This document shows, one piece after another, positions 9,604 to 19,845 of a stretch of DNA of 64,000 nucleotides. The position numbers and the translations under genes are program-made. How positions within the stretch are numbered: the stretch's first letter is position 1; each line of letters begins with the position of its first letter. This stretch comes from Gemmatimonadota bacterium (GTDB lineage: Bacteria; Gemmatimonadota; Gemmatimonadetes; Longimicrobiales; Gaopeijiaceae), in assembly GCA_034521595.1 (NCBI GenBank), contig JAXHMG010000003.1:224001-288000 (forward strand). The letters are read 5' to 3'. The notes beneath the pieces were generated by a model. It ran no database searches. It was not told the origin of the DNA and saw nothing but the letters and a program-made list of their open reading frames with translations.

Positions 9604-10350
9604 TCATCCGTGGACCGCGACCGCGAGCAGATAGAGAAGGCCGGCTCCGAAGAGGAATGCGCCCATCGTGGCCGCGGAGGCGGCGCCCGGACCGTGGGGC
9701 CGGTTCGTCTCGGGGACCAGGTCCGCCGCCGCGATATAGAGGAAGTTTCCCGCCGCGAACGGGAGCACGAAGTCGATGGCCATGGATCGGGAGGCTGCGT
9801 ACGCGATCAGGCCTCCGACGAGAAACGTCGCGCCCGAGAGGGCATTCACCAGGAGCGCCTTTTTGTGGCTCCACCCTCCGTGAACGAGCACGCCGAAGTC
9901 GCCGAGCTCCTGGGGTACCTCGTGCGCCGCGGCGACGAGCCAGGTCGTCACGCCCAGGCGTATGTCGGTGAGAAAAGCGCTCGCGACGGCCAGACCGCCG
10001 AGGAAGTTGTGTAGGCCGTCCGCGATGAGGATCAAATAGGTCACGGGTTGGCGGCCGGCGAACGCCGCGCTGTGGCGGTGATGGCCGTGCAGGAGCTGCT
10101 CGAGCGCATAGAATGCCGTGAACCCCAGCGCCGCCCACAGCCAGGGCCGGAGCGGGTCGGTCGCGCGATCGACGGCCTCCGGGAGCATGTGAAAGAGCGC
10201 CCCGCCCAAAAGGGAGCCCGCGGCGAGTCCGACGAGCGGCAAGAGGAGTCGCTCGAGCGTGCGCGAGTCGAAGACGAGCGTCACGCTTCCGACCAGCGCG
10301 ATGGCGGTCATCGCGACGCCGCCGAGCACGATCCACTCGAGCTCGCTCAC
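9604..10350 (-). CDS. ZIP-family divalent metal transporter
   Basis: Multiple TM helices, His-rich loop HGHHRH, ADGLHNFLGG and AHEVPQELGDFGVL motifs. Confidence 0.93.
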   Translation of the reverse strand: MSELEWIVLGGVAMTAIALVGSVTLVFDSRTLERLLLPLVGLAAGSLLGGALFHMLPEAVDRATDPLRPWLWAALGFTAFYALEQLLHGHHRHSAAFAGRQPVTYLILIADGLHNFLGGLAVASAFLTDIRLGVTTWLVAAAHEVPQELGDFGVLVHGGWSHKKALLVNALSGATFLVGGLIAYAASRSMAIDFVLPFAAGNFLYIAAADLVPETNRPHGPGAASAATMGAFLFGAGLLYLLAVAVHG

Positions 10351-10637
10351 CCGCTTCCTCCGTCAGGGATGATCGATGGTGGCGGCCGCGCCAGGCGACC
10401 GTCCGCCATGCGCCGCCACGCTAACCCGTTCCTCCAACGTCCACCACCGTCCGCTCCCGAGCAGCACCTGACGTAAAGTCGTGGGTGGAGTGCCCCCGAC
10501 TGTGGTACGCCTTCTGCCATGTACGAGGCCGAATACCTCCTGCGCCTAGCTTCCGGTCGCATCGCGGGAGCCACCCCACACGCGAGCCTTCCTCGCGTGA
10601 GAGGATGACCCGCCATTTTGATTCCCTCTCGCGATAC

Positions 10638-10655
10638 GTGACAAAACGTCCCACA
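10638..10655. promoter_or_regulatory. Candidate bEBP (NtrC-family) binding site upstream of the regulator gene
   Basis: GTGACAAAACGTCCCACA is an imperfect dyad; it shares the CGTCCCA core with sites at 12240-12258 and 12283-12291. Confidence 0.4.
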
Positions 10656-10705
10656 ATGAGACCGGATAGTCACCTGATCCACGAAGCTTCGAGGTGCGAA
10701 CGAGC

Positions 10706-12094
10706 ATGGACAGAGACACGGATCACGAGCCGCCGACCAGAGTCCTCGTCGTGGACGACGACCCGACGATCAGGAATCTGCTGCGCGACACGTTGGAGGA
10801 TCAGGACCACGACGTCACGGTGGTCGAGGACGGCCAATCCGCCCTGAACGTGCTCCATGCACGGGACGTGGACGTCGTGCTCCTCGACCTCAATCTCCCG
10901 CGCGTGAGCGGGATGAACGTGCTCGCCGCATTACCGTCGCTCAACACGGACGCACAGTTCATCGTCATGACTGCTTTCGGCACCATCTCCTCGGCCGTGG
11001 AGGCGATGAAGCTCGGAGCCTATGACTACCTGACCAAGCCGTTCGACGAGGACGAGCTTCTGCGCGTCCTGGAACGTGCCGTGTCCGAGCTGTCGATGCG
11101 GCGTGAGCTCCACAGGCTCCGGTTCGAGAGCCGGGAGCGCCCACCCGGAGGCCTGGTCGGGCGTGCGCCGGCAATGGAGCATCTGTTCGGCATGATCAAC
11201 CGCGTGGCGCCCACTCGCGCGACGGTTCTGATCACGGGTGAGACCGGAAGCGGCAAGGAACTCGTGGCCCGGGCGATCCACGAGTCGTCTCCGCGGGCCC
11301 GGCATCCGTTCGTGCCGGTCAACTGCTCGGCGATTCCCGGGACGCTCCTCGAAGCAGAGCTCTTCGGGCACATGAAGGGCGCCTTCACGGGTGCCGTCCA
11401 GAGCCGTAAGGGGCTCATCGAGGAAGCGCATGGCGGGACGCTGTTCCTCGACGAGATCAGCACGCTGTCCCAGGATGTGCAGGTGAAGCTGCTCCGCGTC
11501 CTCCAGGAGCGAAAGATCCAGAGGGTCGGGAGCCCCGAGAGCGTGCCCGTGGATTTCCGTCTGGTCGCCGCGACGAACACGGACCTCCGCTCGCTGGTCG
11601 ATGAGGGCGCATTCCGCGAGGACCTCTTCTTCCGGTTGGACGTGTTCCCGGTCGACGTGCCGCCGCTCCGGGAGCGCACCTCCGATATCCCGCTGCTCGC
11701 TCAGCATTTCCTCACCCGGTTTGCGCGCGAGTACGAGATCGAGCCGCCCAAGCTCTCGACCGGCACGCTCTCCCGCATGATGGCGTATACGTGGCCGGGT
11801 AACGTGCGGGAGCTCGAGAACTTCGTCGAGCGCTCCGTGGTGATGTATCCCGGCGCGCGAAGCTTCCCGTTCGACGTGGAGCGGCGAGGACCTACGAGCG
11901 AGGCGGCCTCGCTGCTCGAAAACGCTCTCGACGGCGATTGGCCCCTCGCCCGCCTCGAGCGCGAGTACATTCTCGCGATGCTCGAACGGAATCGTTGGCA
12001 GAAGGGGGCCACGGCGGAGGTCCTGGGCGTGGACCGGCGCACGATTCACCGGAAGCTCCAACGGTACCGACAGGACGGCGTGCTCGGGGCATGA
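10706..12094 (+). CDS. Sigma-54-dependent response regulator (REC-AAA+-Fis HTH, NtrC/AtoC family)
   Basis: VVDDD and LLD receiver residues, GETGSGKE, ELFGHMKGAFTGA, LFLDEI, WPGNVREL and a C-terminal HTH. Confidence 0.96.
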   Translation: MDRDTDHEPPTRVLVVDDDPTIRNLLRDTLEDQDHDVTVVEDGQSALNVLHARDVDVVLLDLNLPRVSGMNVLAALPSLNTDAQFIVMTAFGTISSAVEAMKLGAYDYLTKPFDEDELLRVLERAVSELSMRRELHRLRFESRERPPGGLVGRAPAMEHLFGMINRVAPTRATVLITGETGSGKELVARAIHESSPRARHPFVPVNCSAIPGTLLEAELFGHMKGAFTGAVQSRKGLIEEAHGGTLFLDEISTLSQDVQVKLLRVLQERKIQRVGSPESVPVDFRLVAATNTDLRSLVDEGAFREDLFFRLDVFPVDVPPLRERTSDIPLLAQHFLTRFAREYEIEPPKLSTGTLSRMMAYTWPGNVRELENFVERSVVMYPGARSFPFDVERRGPTSEAASLLENALDGDWPLARLEREYILAMLERNRWQKGATAEVLGVDRRTIHRKLQRYRQDGVLGA

Positions 12095-12239
12095 TGGGCC
12101 ACTACGGTTGGGGTGAGATGATGCCGAACGGCCCACGCTGAGCCGCGGCGTCCAGCGGGAGCTTCTCGGCCGGCGGATGGCGGCCGCCCGGGTGACGAGC
12201 CAGTTCACCATAGACCCACACCACGGGCAGTTCGTCGAC

Positions 12240-12291
12240 ATGGGACGAAGTGTCTCATCTCCCGGGTCCGCCCCCGCCAATCCGTCCCACA
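12240..12291. promoter_or_regulatory. Candidate tandem upstream activator sequences
   Basis: Dyad ATGGGAC-N5-GTCTCAT (12240-12258), plus CGTCCCACA (12283-12291), which is identical to 10647-10655. Confidence 0.4.
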
Positions 12292-12374
12292 TGGTAGCTC
12301 ACCGCGAGGCCCCCGGAGATCGGGGACGTCAGTCATGGCGCGCTGGAGGATGGGTGATGCCGTAACGGGTTCTT

Positions 12375-12391
12375 CGGGACCACGCCTTGCA
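12375..12391 (+). promoter_or_regulatory. Candidate sigma-54 -24/-12 promoter for the CBS gene
   Basis: CGGGACCACGCCTTGCA: GG(12377-78)-N10-GC(12389-90) with TTGCA. The -24 box is imperfect. Confidence 0.45.
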
Positions 12392-12451
12392 CCTACGGGT
12401 CACTCCACCGACAACCGTGAACCGCCAATGGCGAGCAGGAGGATGTATCCC

Positions 12452-13108
12452 ATGCCCCGACAGACCCCTTCGAAAAAGACCACCGAGTCCACCGAGCCCG
12501 ACAGCAAAGCATCCGCGGAGAAGAAGTCCGCCTCGAGTCGAAAAGGTGCGTCCGCGACGACGAAGAAAGCAACGACCAAGAAGACCACCAAGAAGACCAC
12601 GGCGAAGAAAGCGACGACGAAGAAGGCGCCCGCCGGGACCACGGTCGCCGAGGTGATGTCGTCTCCGGTGCATCGCGTGGACGTTTCCGCGTCGATGAAC
12701 GAGGCGGCTCAGAGCATGTGGGAGCACGATATCGGCGTGGTGCCCGTGGTCGACGCGGAGGGGCGGATCGAAGGCATCGTGACCGACCGGGACGTCGCCA
12801 TGACGGCCTACTTGCAGGGGCGGGCACTTCGGGACATCCCCGTGCGGGAGGTGATGTCGAGCAATGTCCAGTCCGTCCGCTCGGACGAAGCGGTCGTCGC
12901 GGCAGCGTACAAGATGTCCCAGCACCAGATGCGTCGTCTCCCCGTCCTGGATGGTGAGGGAGCGCTCGTGGGAATGCTCTCCCTCAATGACCTCGCCGGG
13001 GCGTCGAGTGACTCGAAGGACAGCGGAGTCACGGAGCACGATCTGGCCGACACGCTTCGCGCGGTGTGCATGCCCAGGGCGGGCACGGAACCGCTGGCGG
13101 CGAGCTGA
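12452..13108 (+). CDS. CBS-pair protein with a Lys/Thr/Ala-rich N-terminal tail
   Basis: AGGAGG RBS; tail KKATTKKTTKKTTAKKATTKKAP; CBS motifs GVVPVVD, GIVTDRD, RRLPVLD and GMLSLND. Confidence 0.9.
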   Translation: MPRQTPSKKTTESTEPDSKASAEKKSASSRKGASATTKKATTKKTTKKTTAKKATTKKAPAGTTVAEVMSSPVHRVDVSASMNEAAQSMWEHDIGVVPVVDAEGRIEGIVTDRDVAMTAYLQGRALRDIPVREVMSSNVQSVRSDEAVVAAAYKMSQHQMRRLPVLDGEGALVGMLSLNDLAGASSDSKDSGVTEHDLADTLRAVCMPRAGTEPLAAS

Positions 13109-13182
13109 CCCCCAAGAAGGCCATGCCGTGCCGTGCGCCGGAACGCGCGGACCGAACCTCACCGGAAGATCCTCGAAACCTC

Positions 13183-14553
13183 ATGGAGATCATGCCTACC
13201 ACCACTGACGAATCCCGTGCTTGGAGGTCCACCGCGCACCGGCGTCCGGACCGGCGTCACAGCTACCCGCGCGGCGCGAGCCTCCCGGTGGGCCTCCCGA
13301 CTCAGTTCCACGTGCTGAGCTTCGAGGGTCCGGACGCGTACTCCAGAGCTGGAGGCATCGCGAGCCGAGTCACCGGGCTCACGCGTACCCTGGCCGATAC
13401 GGGGCACGATACCCATCTCTGGTTCGTCGGGGATCCGATCTCTCCCGGGCATGAGGTAGACGGAAGCCTGCACCTGCACCGTTGGTGTCAGTGGCTCAGT
13501 CGATCCTGCCCCGCGGGCGTTTACGACGGCGAAGATGCGAAGCGAGCGGACTACGCGGCTTCGCTCCCTCCCTACCTCGTCTCCGAGATGCTGCTTCCGC
13601 ACCTCGCGGCCGGAGGGAGGGCGGTCGTCCTGGCCGAGGAGTGGCATACCGTGGACGCGGTGCTCCACCTCGATTGGCTGCTCAGGGGCCGGGGCGTTCG
13701 ACACCTCGTGACCATTTTATGGAACGCCAACAACACATTCGGCTTCTCGCACGTCCCTTGGGATCGCCTGGCCGGCGCGGCGCGCATCGTCACGGTGAGC
13801 CGTTACATGAAGTCCCTCATGGGCAGCCATGTCGACGATGTCGAGGTCGTGCCGAACGGGTTGCCTCCGGACGCCTATGATGAGCCGGATCCGGAGGCGG
13901 TCCAGTCTTTCTCGAATCGTGTGCGGGACCGTCTGTGTCTCGCGAAGGTGGGGCGCTGGGATCCGGGCAAGCGATGGTTGGGGGCCGTGGAAGGGGTCGC
14001 CGAGCTGAAGGAGCGGGGAGAGCGCCCCCTTCTCATCGCTCGCGGCGGAATCGAGGAGCACGGCCGCGAGGTTTTCGCTCGAGCGAACGAGCTCGGACTG
14101 CGGGTCCGGGAGCGGACCCAGCGGGAGGCCGGGCCTTCCGGGCTTCTGGAGGTGCTCGAGGACGTCGATGACGTGGATGTCTTGAGCCTGACCGCGCCGC
14201 TTTCACCGGCCGCCTGTCGCCTCCTCTTTCGAGGTGCCGCGGCCGTGCTCGCCGACAGCGAGCACGAGCCGTTCGGCTTGGTGGGACTGGAAGCCATGGC
14301 CGTGGGCGGAGTCGCTTGCACCGGAGGCACCGGAGAGGACTACGCGAAGCGGGGGCGCAACGCGATCGTCCTGGCGGGGGGAGACCCGCGTGAGATGGCG
14401 GGTCTTCTCAGCCACCTACGCCAGTGGCCGGAGGCGGTCAGCACTCTGGCGGGCTGCGCTCTGGAAACCGCCAGGGATTACGCTTGGCACCGGGTGATCG
14501 ACGCGCACGTGCTCCCGCTCGCTCAGGCCACCGTGACGTCCTCGCACAGGTAG
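13183..14553 (+). CDS. GT-B glycosyltransferase, family 4-like; start approximate
   Basis: [30 protein letters not shown] and [12 protein letters not shown] motifs. Confidence 0.85.
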   Translation: MEIMPTTTDESRAWRSTAHRRPDRRHSYPRGASLPVGLPTQFHVLSFEGPDAYSRAGGIASRVTGLTRTLADTGHDTHLWFVGDPISPGHEVDGSLHLHRWCQWLSRSCPAGVYDGEDAKRADYAASLPPYLVSEMLLPHLAAGGRAVVLAEEWHTVDAVLHLDWLLRGRGVRHLVTILWNANNTFGFSHVPWDRLAGAARIVTVSRYMKSLMGSHVDDVEVVPNGLPPDAYDEPDPEAVQSFSNRVRDRLCLAKVGRWDPGKRWLGAVEGVAELKERGERPLLIARGGIEEHGREVFARANELGLRVRERTQREAGPSGLLEVLEDVDDVDVLSLTAPLSPAACRLLFRGAAAVLADSEHEPFGLVGLEAMAVGGVACTGGTGEDYAKRGRNAIVLAGGDPREMAGLLSHLRQWPEAVSTLAGCALETARDYAWHRVIDAHVLPLAQATVTSSHR

Positions 14554-15575
14554 ACGTCCTGAATGGCGTTGAGGAGCTCGATGCCATCCTTCCGCGGACG
14601 CTGGAACGCCTTGCGGCCGGAGATCAAGCCCATGCCGCCCGCGCGCTTGTTGATGACCGCGGTCCGCACCGCATCCTGCAGGTCGCTGTCGCCGGACGCG
14701 CCCCCGGAGTTGATCAGGCCGATCCGGCCCATGAACCCGTTCGCGACCTGATACCGGGTGAGGTCGATGGGGTTGTCCGAGGAGAGCTCGCTGTAGACCC
14801 GGTCGTGGGTCTTGCCGAATCCGAGGGCGCGGTAGCCGTCGTTCGTCTCCGGGAGCTTCTGCTTGATGATGTCCGCCTGCAGCGTCACGCCGAGGTGGTT
14901 CGCCTGGCCCGTCAGGTCGGCCGCGACGTGGTAGTCGACGCCGTCCTTCTTGAAGGCCGAGTTGCGGAGATAGCACCACAGAATCGTCACCATGCCGAGC
15001 TCGTGCGCGGCGTGGAACGCCTCCGAGACCTCCTGTAGCTGCCGGGAGGACTCCTCGGAACCCCAGTAGATGGTCGCGCCGACGCCGATCGCGCCCATGT
15101 CGAACGCCTGCCGGACGTCCGCGAACATGACCTGGTCGTACCGGCTCGGATACGAGAGGAGCTCGTTGTGGTTCAGCTTCAGAATGAACGGAATCCGGTG
15201 GGCGTACTTGCGCGCCGTCATCCCGAGGACCCCGAGCGTGGAGGCGACCGCGTTGCAGCCCCCCTCGAGCGCGAGCTCGACGATGTTCGCGGGATCGAAG
15301 TAGTCCGGGTTGGGCGCGAACGACGCGCCGGCGCTGTGCTCGATCCCCTGATCGACCGGGAGGATCGACACGTATCCGGTCCCCGCCAACCGGCCCGAGT
15401 GCAGCAGAAGGTTGTAGTTGCGGTTCACGTTGACCGGCCGGTCGGACGGGACGAACGCGCGGTCCACGAAGTCCGGCCCCGGCAAGTGCAACCGTTCCCG
15501 AGGAATCGTGCGACACTCGTGCTCGAGGAGCCCGGAGTGCTCTTTACCCAGAATCTCTTCGATTCTTTCGATCAT
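14523..15575 (-). CDS. fbaB: Class I fructose-bisphosphate aldolase (DhnA/FbaB type)
   Basis: [36 protein letters not shown] and [10 protein letters not shown] motifs. Confidence 0.96.
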   Translation of the reverse strand: MIERIEEILGKEHSGLLEHECRTIPRERLHLPGPDFVDRAFVPSDRPVNVNRNYNLLLHSGRLAGTGYVSILPVDQGIEHSAGASFAPNPDYFDPANIVELALEGGCNAVASTLGVLGMTARKYAHRIPFILKLNHNELLSYPSRYDQVMFADVRQAFDMGAIGVGATIYWGSEESSRQLQEVSEAFHAAHELGMVTILWCYLRNSAFKKDGVDYHVAADLTGQANHLGVTLQADIIKQKLPETNDGYRALGFGKTHDRVYSELSSDNPIDLTRYQVANGFMGRIGLINSGGASGDSDLQDAVRTAVINKRAGGMGLISGRKAFQRPRKDGIELLNAIQDVYLCEDVTVA

Positions 15576-15624
15576 GTCCGTGTGAGGTCCTTGCCCTGCG
15601 TGTGTGCGAGTGCGGCGAAGGCTG

Positions 15625-16761
15625 TTAAATCCAGCCCTTCCGTCGGAAATCTTTGATCGTGGACGCCCAGCGGTCCATCTCGTCGGGCAGTCCGAATGAC
15701 AGCCGGTTCCACTCGAGCATGGGCGGAAAGTGCCGACCCACCAGCAGGCCGGCTTCGCGCATCCGGTCCTGGTAGTCCGAAAGGTCCCCGTGAATCCGGT
15801 GCATCAGGAAGTTGGCTTCGGTGGGCAGGTATTCAAGGCCCAACTCGTCCAACGTCTGCTGCACGATGGCCTTCGACTCCCGGTTGACCTGGGCGCTCCG
15901 CTCGATGAGGCCGTCGTCCTTCAACGAGGCCAGGCCGGCGGCGGCGGCCAGCTCGTTGGGATTGTTCTGCACGACGAACTCGCGGAGCACCCCGGCGGTA
16001 TCCGGGTGCGAGATGCTGTACCCGAGGCGCATGCCCGCCATGGCGAAGATCTTCGAGAAGGTGCGCACCACGACGACGTTGCGCCGGTCCTCGACCCACT
16101 TCACGGCCGACCAGTAGCGCGGATCCTCCACGTATTCGAAGTACGCTTCGTCCATGATGAAGGTCGTGGTCTCCGGGGCCTCCTCGATCCACGCGTCGAT
16201 GGCCTCGGACGACGTGATCGTGCCGGTCGGATTGTTCGGATTGCAGAAGTAGACCACGGCCGGCCGGCCGGATACCGCTTCACGCATGCGCTCCACGTCG
16301 TGCTCGTACCCGTCGGTCAGCGGAATGGAGATGACGTCGTACGATTCGGTCTCCTGATAGTCGCCGATGTCCTCGAAGGTCGGCTCGGCCAGCACGAGCG
16401 GCTTGTTGGGGCCTCGGTACGCCTGGGCGGCGACCTGAAGGATCTCCGTCGAGCCGGCGCTGAGCACCAGGTTTTCCGGGGCGACGCCCGCGTATTCGGC
16501 GAGGCGCTCCATCAGCTCGCGGCGGTGAGCGCCCGGGTATCGGTTGGCGATCGGGAGCGCGTCGATCACGGCTTCTCGAGCCTGAGGCGAGAGCCCGATG
16601 GCGTTCTCGTTGGAGCTGAGCCGGATCGTGCCGTCTTGCAGAGTCTTGCCGCTCGCCCAGCTGGGCACACGACTGATGAACGAGCCCAGGGTGCCACCGG
16701 CACCAGTGAGCCCAGCGAGCCCGGCGGCCATTCCGGCCGTGACGAAACCGCGACGATCCAT
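15625..16761 (-). CDS. HisC-like class I/II PLP aminotransferase with a Tat signal peptide
   Basis: MDRRGFV plus hydrophobic stretch; [22 protein letters not shown] and [16 protein letters not shown] motifs. Confidence 0.9.
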   Translation of the reverse strand: MDRRGFVTAGMAAGLAGLTGAGGTLGSFISRVPSWASGKTLQDGTIRLSSNENAIGLSPQAREAVIDALPIANRYPGAHRRELMERLAEYAGVAPENLVLSAGSTEILQVAAQAYRGPNKPLVLAEPTFEDIGDYQETESYDVISIPLTDGYEHDVERMREAVSGRPAVVYFCNPNNPTGTITSSEAIDAWIEEAPETTTFIMDEAYFEYVEDPRYWSAVKWVEDRRNVVVVRTFSKIFAMAGMRLGYSISHPDTAGVLREFVVQNNPNELAAAAGLASLKDDGLIERSAQVNRESKAIVQQTLDELGLEYLPTEANFLMHRIHGDLSDYQDRMREAGLLVGRHFPPMLEWNRLSFGLPDEMDRWASTIKDFRRKGWI

Positions 16762-16882
16762 GGGTCCTCCTCCGAGTAACGGTTACGGGTGCCGCAATGT
16801 GAGCCGGGGGCGAGTGGACCGAAAGGGGCGCCTCACGGTACGATCGGGAATCATCGCCGAACTTCATCCGGGATCCGACCGC

Positions 16883-18502
16883 ATGCGACGTCACTCAACC
16901 ACTCTCTTTCTCGCGCTGACGCTGTTCTCGGTCACCTCGCCACGGCTCGAGGTCGCGGCCCAGGTGCCCGAGGCACCCGTCCGCTACGACACCGATCATC
17001 TTCCGGCGGCCTTCCACGAAGGCCGTCGTGCCGCCGTGATGGAGCGTCTTCCGGACGATGCCCTGGCCATCTTCTTCGGAGCGCCCGAGCGGACCCGTTC
17101 CAACGACGTGAGCTACGAGTACCGGCAGGACAGTGACCTCCTCTATCTGACGGGAAGTGCGGAGCCCGGCTCCGCGCTGCTTCTGGCCCCGGGCGGAATC
17201 ACCGTGGACGGCCGCACCGTGCGCGAGATCTTGTTCGTCCCTCCACGTGATCCGGCGGAGGAGGTCTGGCTGGGCCGGCGCTTCGGTGCCGAGCGGGCGA
17301 TGGACGTGCTCGGCGTGGAGCTGGCCCTCGAGAACACGCGTTTCGAGGAGATCGCCGGTCCGTTGCTCGCGAGCGACGAGCACACCGTGCACCACCTGCC
17401 GCTTCCCGACGGCGTGCCGTCCGGCTCGGACCTCGCCGGGCAGCTCGACGTCTTCCGCTCGCGCGTGCAGCCGGTCTCGATCTCCGAGAGCGGCCTCACC
17501 GGTTTCATGCTGCACGGGGTGCTCGCGTCGCCCTCCCCGGAGCTGTTCGAGCGTCTCAAGGTCCTCGTCGAGCGGGGTTTCGATCCCGCGGCCGCTTCGG
17601 ACCCGACGGCCCGTGAGCTGGCCGAAGCGTTCGTGGAGACGGACGACTTCGCCGACTGGACCGAGACCCACGCCGAGCTGACCAGGGGCCATCCCGACGG
17701 CACGGAGCTACGTGAGATCCTGGACGGGCTCCGCACGATCAAGGCGGACGAGGAGCTCGAGGCGATGCGGCGGGCCATCGACATCACCGCCGACGCGCAT
17801 CGCGAAGTCATGCGGCGTCTGGAGCCCGGGTGGAAGGAGTACGAGATCGAGGCGCTCGTCGAGTACACCTTCAAGCGTTCCGGTGCGGAATACCCCGCGT
17901 TCCCCAGCATCGTAGGGAGCGGGGAGAACTCGGTGATTCTCCACTACGAATCGAACCGTCGGACCACCGAGCCCGGTGATCTGGTGGTGATCGACGTCGG
18001 CGCCGAATACCGGGGCTATGCCGCGGACATCACCCGGACCCTACCCGTGACCGGCACGTTCAGCGAAGAACAGCGGGCGATCTATGATCTGGTTCACCGG
18101 GCGCAGCGGGCGGGCATCGAGGCCGCTCAGGCGGGGGCCGCCTACCTGGCGCCGCACCGCGCGGCCGAACGCGTCATGGCCGAGGGGATGGCGGAGCTCG
18201 GCCTCATCCGCGACGCGCGGGACCTCAACGGGCTCCGCCGGTTCTTCATGCATGCGACCAGCCACTACCTCGGGCTCGACGTGCACGACGTCGGTGGTGG
18301 CGGCCCCTTGGAGCCCGGTACCGTCATCACCGTCGAGCCCGGCCTCTACATCGCGCCCGCCGAGGATATCGACCGACGCTGGTGGAACATCGGTGTGCGC
18401 ATCGAGGACGATATCCTGATCACCGACGACGGCCCCGTGAACCTGTCGGGAGGGGCGCCGACCTCGTCCGACGACGTGGAGGCGCTGATGGAAGGGAGCT
18501 GA
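16883..18502 (+). CDS. Exported Xaa-Pro aminopeptidase (M24B)
   Basis: Signal peptide; YRQDSDLLYLTG N-domain; ILHY, IDVGAE, ADITRT, HYLGLDVHD, TVEPGLY and GVRIEDD motifs. Confidence 0.92.
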   Translation: MRRHSTTLFLALTLFSVTSPRLEVAAQVPEAPVRYDTDHLPAAFHEGRRAAVMERLPDDALAIFFGAPERTRSNDVSYEYRQDSDLLYLTGSAEPGSALLLAPGGITVDGRTVREILFVPPRDPAEEVWLGRRFGAERAMDVLGVELALENTRFEEIAGPLLASDEHTVHHLPLPDGVPSGSDLAGQLDVFRSRVQPVSISESGLTGFMLHGVLASPSPELFERLKVLVERGFDPAAASDPTARELAEAFVETDDFADWTETHAELTRGHPDGTELREILDGLRTIKADEELEAMRRAIDITADAHREVMRRLEPGWKEYEIEALVEYTFKRSGAEYPAFPSIVGSGENSVILHYESNRRTTEPGDLVVIDVGAEYRGYAADITRTLPVTGTFSEEQRAIYDLVHRAQRAGIEAAQAGAAYLAPHRAAERVMAEGMAELGLIRDARDLNGLRRFFMHATSHYLGLDVHDVGGGGPLEPGTVITVEPGLYIAPAEDIDRRWWNIGVRIEDDILITDDGPVNLSGGAPTSSDDVEALMEGS

Positions 18503-18518
18503 GCGTCCGAGGGAAGCC

Positions 18519-19775
18519 TCAGCGGACCTCCGCATCGACCTCCGTTTCTCCCTCGGAGCGTGCGATCACCGCAGCGCCGCAGGAGTCGCTGAAGATGTTG
18601 ACCGCCGTGCGGTACATGTCGAGCGGGCGGTCGATCGCGAGCATGGAGCCGACGATCACGTTCACGTTCGGACCCCGGAGCCCGACGGCCTCCAGCACGA
18701 TGAAGATCACCACCAACCCCGCCGACGGGACGGCGGCCGCCCCGATGGAGGCGAGCAGGGCCGTCAGCACGACGATGGCCTGCTGCATGATCGAGAGGTC
18801 GAAGCCCAGCACCTGAGCGATGAAGAGCGCGCCCACGCACTCGAAGATCGCGGTGCCGTCCATGTTGATCGTCGCGCCCATGGGCAGCACGAACGACGAG
18901 ACCTTGTTCGAGACGCCGACCTTGTGCTCCACCGTGCTGAGGGTCACCGGAAGGGTGGCGCCCGACGAGCTCGTGGAGAACGCGATCAGGAGCGGCTCCC
19001 GCATGTTCGCGAAATGGATCTTCGGGGAGATCCGGCCCAGCACGATCAGGATGAGCGGCAGCGTCACGAAGAGGTGGATCGTGAGCCCGGAGAAGATGGT
19101 GAAGGCGTAGAGCGCGAGGGGCTGGAAGGCGTCGAATCCGGTGGTGGCCACCATGCGTGCGATCAGCGCGAACACACCGATCGGCAGGAATTTGATGATA
19201 CCGGACGTGAGGCGCATCATCGTTTCGAAGAGCGAGTCGAAGAGCTCGGTGACGATGCGCTGCGGCTTGTCCGGCAGCGTCGTGACCGCGACGCCGAAGA
19301 CGATGCTGAAGAAGATGAGGGCCAGCATGTCCGCGGTGGCGGCCGCCTGGATGACGTTCTCCGGCACGATGTCCAGTATGAGCTGCGCCGGAGTGGCCGG
19401 CGTTTCGAGCTCGGGGAGGTCCTGGCCGGAGCTCTCGGTCATGTTGGCGCCCACGCCCGGCTGGATCAGATTGACCAGGAGCAGCCCCACCGAGACGGCC
19501 AACAGGCTGGAGAGGATGTAGTAGCCGACGGTCTTGCTGAAGAGCCGGCCCAGCGCCTTTCCTCCCCCGACCGACGCGACGCCGGAGATGATCGACGTCA
19601 GCACCAGCGGCACGATGATCATCCGGAGGAGCTTCATGAACAGGTCCCCGAGCCAACCCAGCGTCTCCGCCGCGGGTTCACCGAAGGCCAGCCCGGTCAG
19701 ACCACCGAGGATCATGGCGACGAGGACCTGCCAGTGGAGCCTCATGTACCAGGGTGCGTTCGGGTTGTGATCCAT
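18519..19775 (-). CDS. Dicarboxylate/amino acid:cation symporter (DAACS)
   Basis: AFSTSSSGATLP, GATINMDGTA, SIGAAAVP and DMYRTAVN motifs. Confidence 0.95.
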   Translation of the reverse strand: MDHNPNAPWYMRLHWQVLVAMILGGLTGLAFGEPAAETLGWLGDLFMKLLRMIIVPLVLTSIISGVASVGGGKALGRLFSKTVGYYILSSLLAVSVGLLLVNLIQPGVGANMTESSGQDLPELETPATPAQLILDIVPENVIQAAATADMLALIFFSIVFGVAVTTLPDKPQRIVTELFDSLFETMMRLTSGIIKFLPIGVFALIARMVATTGFDAFQPLALYAFTIFSGLTIHLFVTLPLILIVLGRISPKIHFANMREPLLIAFSTSSSGATLPVTLSTVEHKVGVSNKVSSFVLPMGATINMDGTAIFECVGALFIAQVLGFDLSIMQQAIVVLTALLASIGAAAVPSAGLVVIFIVLEAVGLRGPNVNVIVGSMLAIDRPLDMYRTAVNIFSDSCGAAVIARSEGETEVDAEVR

Positions 19776-19845
19776 CGAGCTCGACCTCGGAAGGGTGGTG
19801 AGGGAAGCGACAGCGTAAAGGACATGGGCCTCGAAGGCCCCTTCG

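Noticed and set aside
10706-12094. Sigma-54 activator as RtcR for rtcB
   Set aside because: Its N-terminal domain is a phospho-receiver, not CARF.
12170-12242. Minus-strand CPWCG as a small zinc-finger gene
   Set aside because: Single CxxC with no second pair; the frame continues as an antisense shadow of the regulator.
15625-16761. Calling this gene hisC
   Set aside because: A Tat leader and no his-operon context argue against the biosynthetic enzyme.
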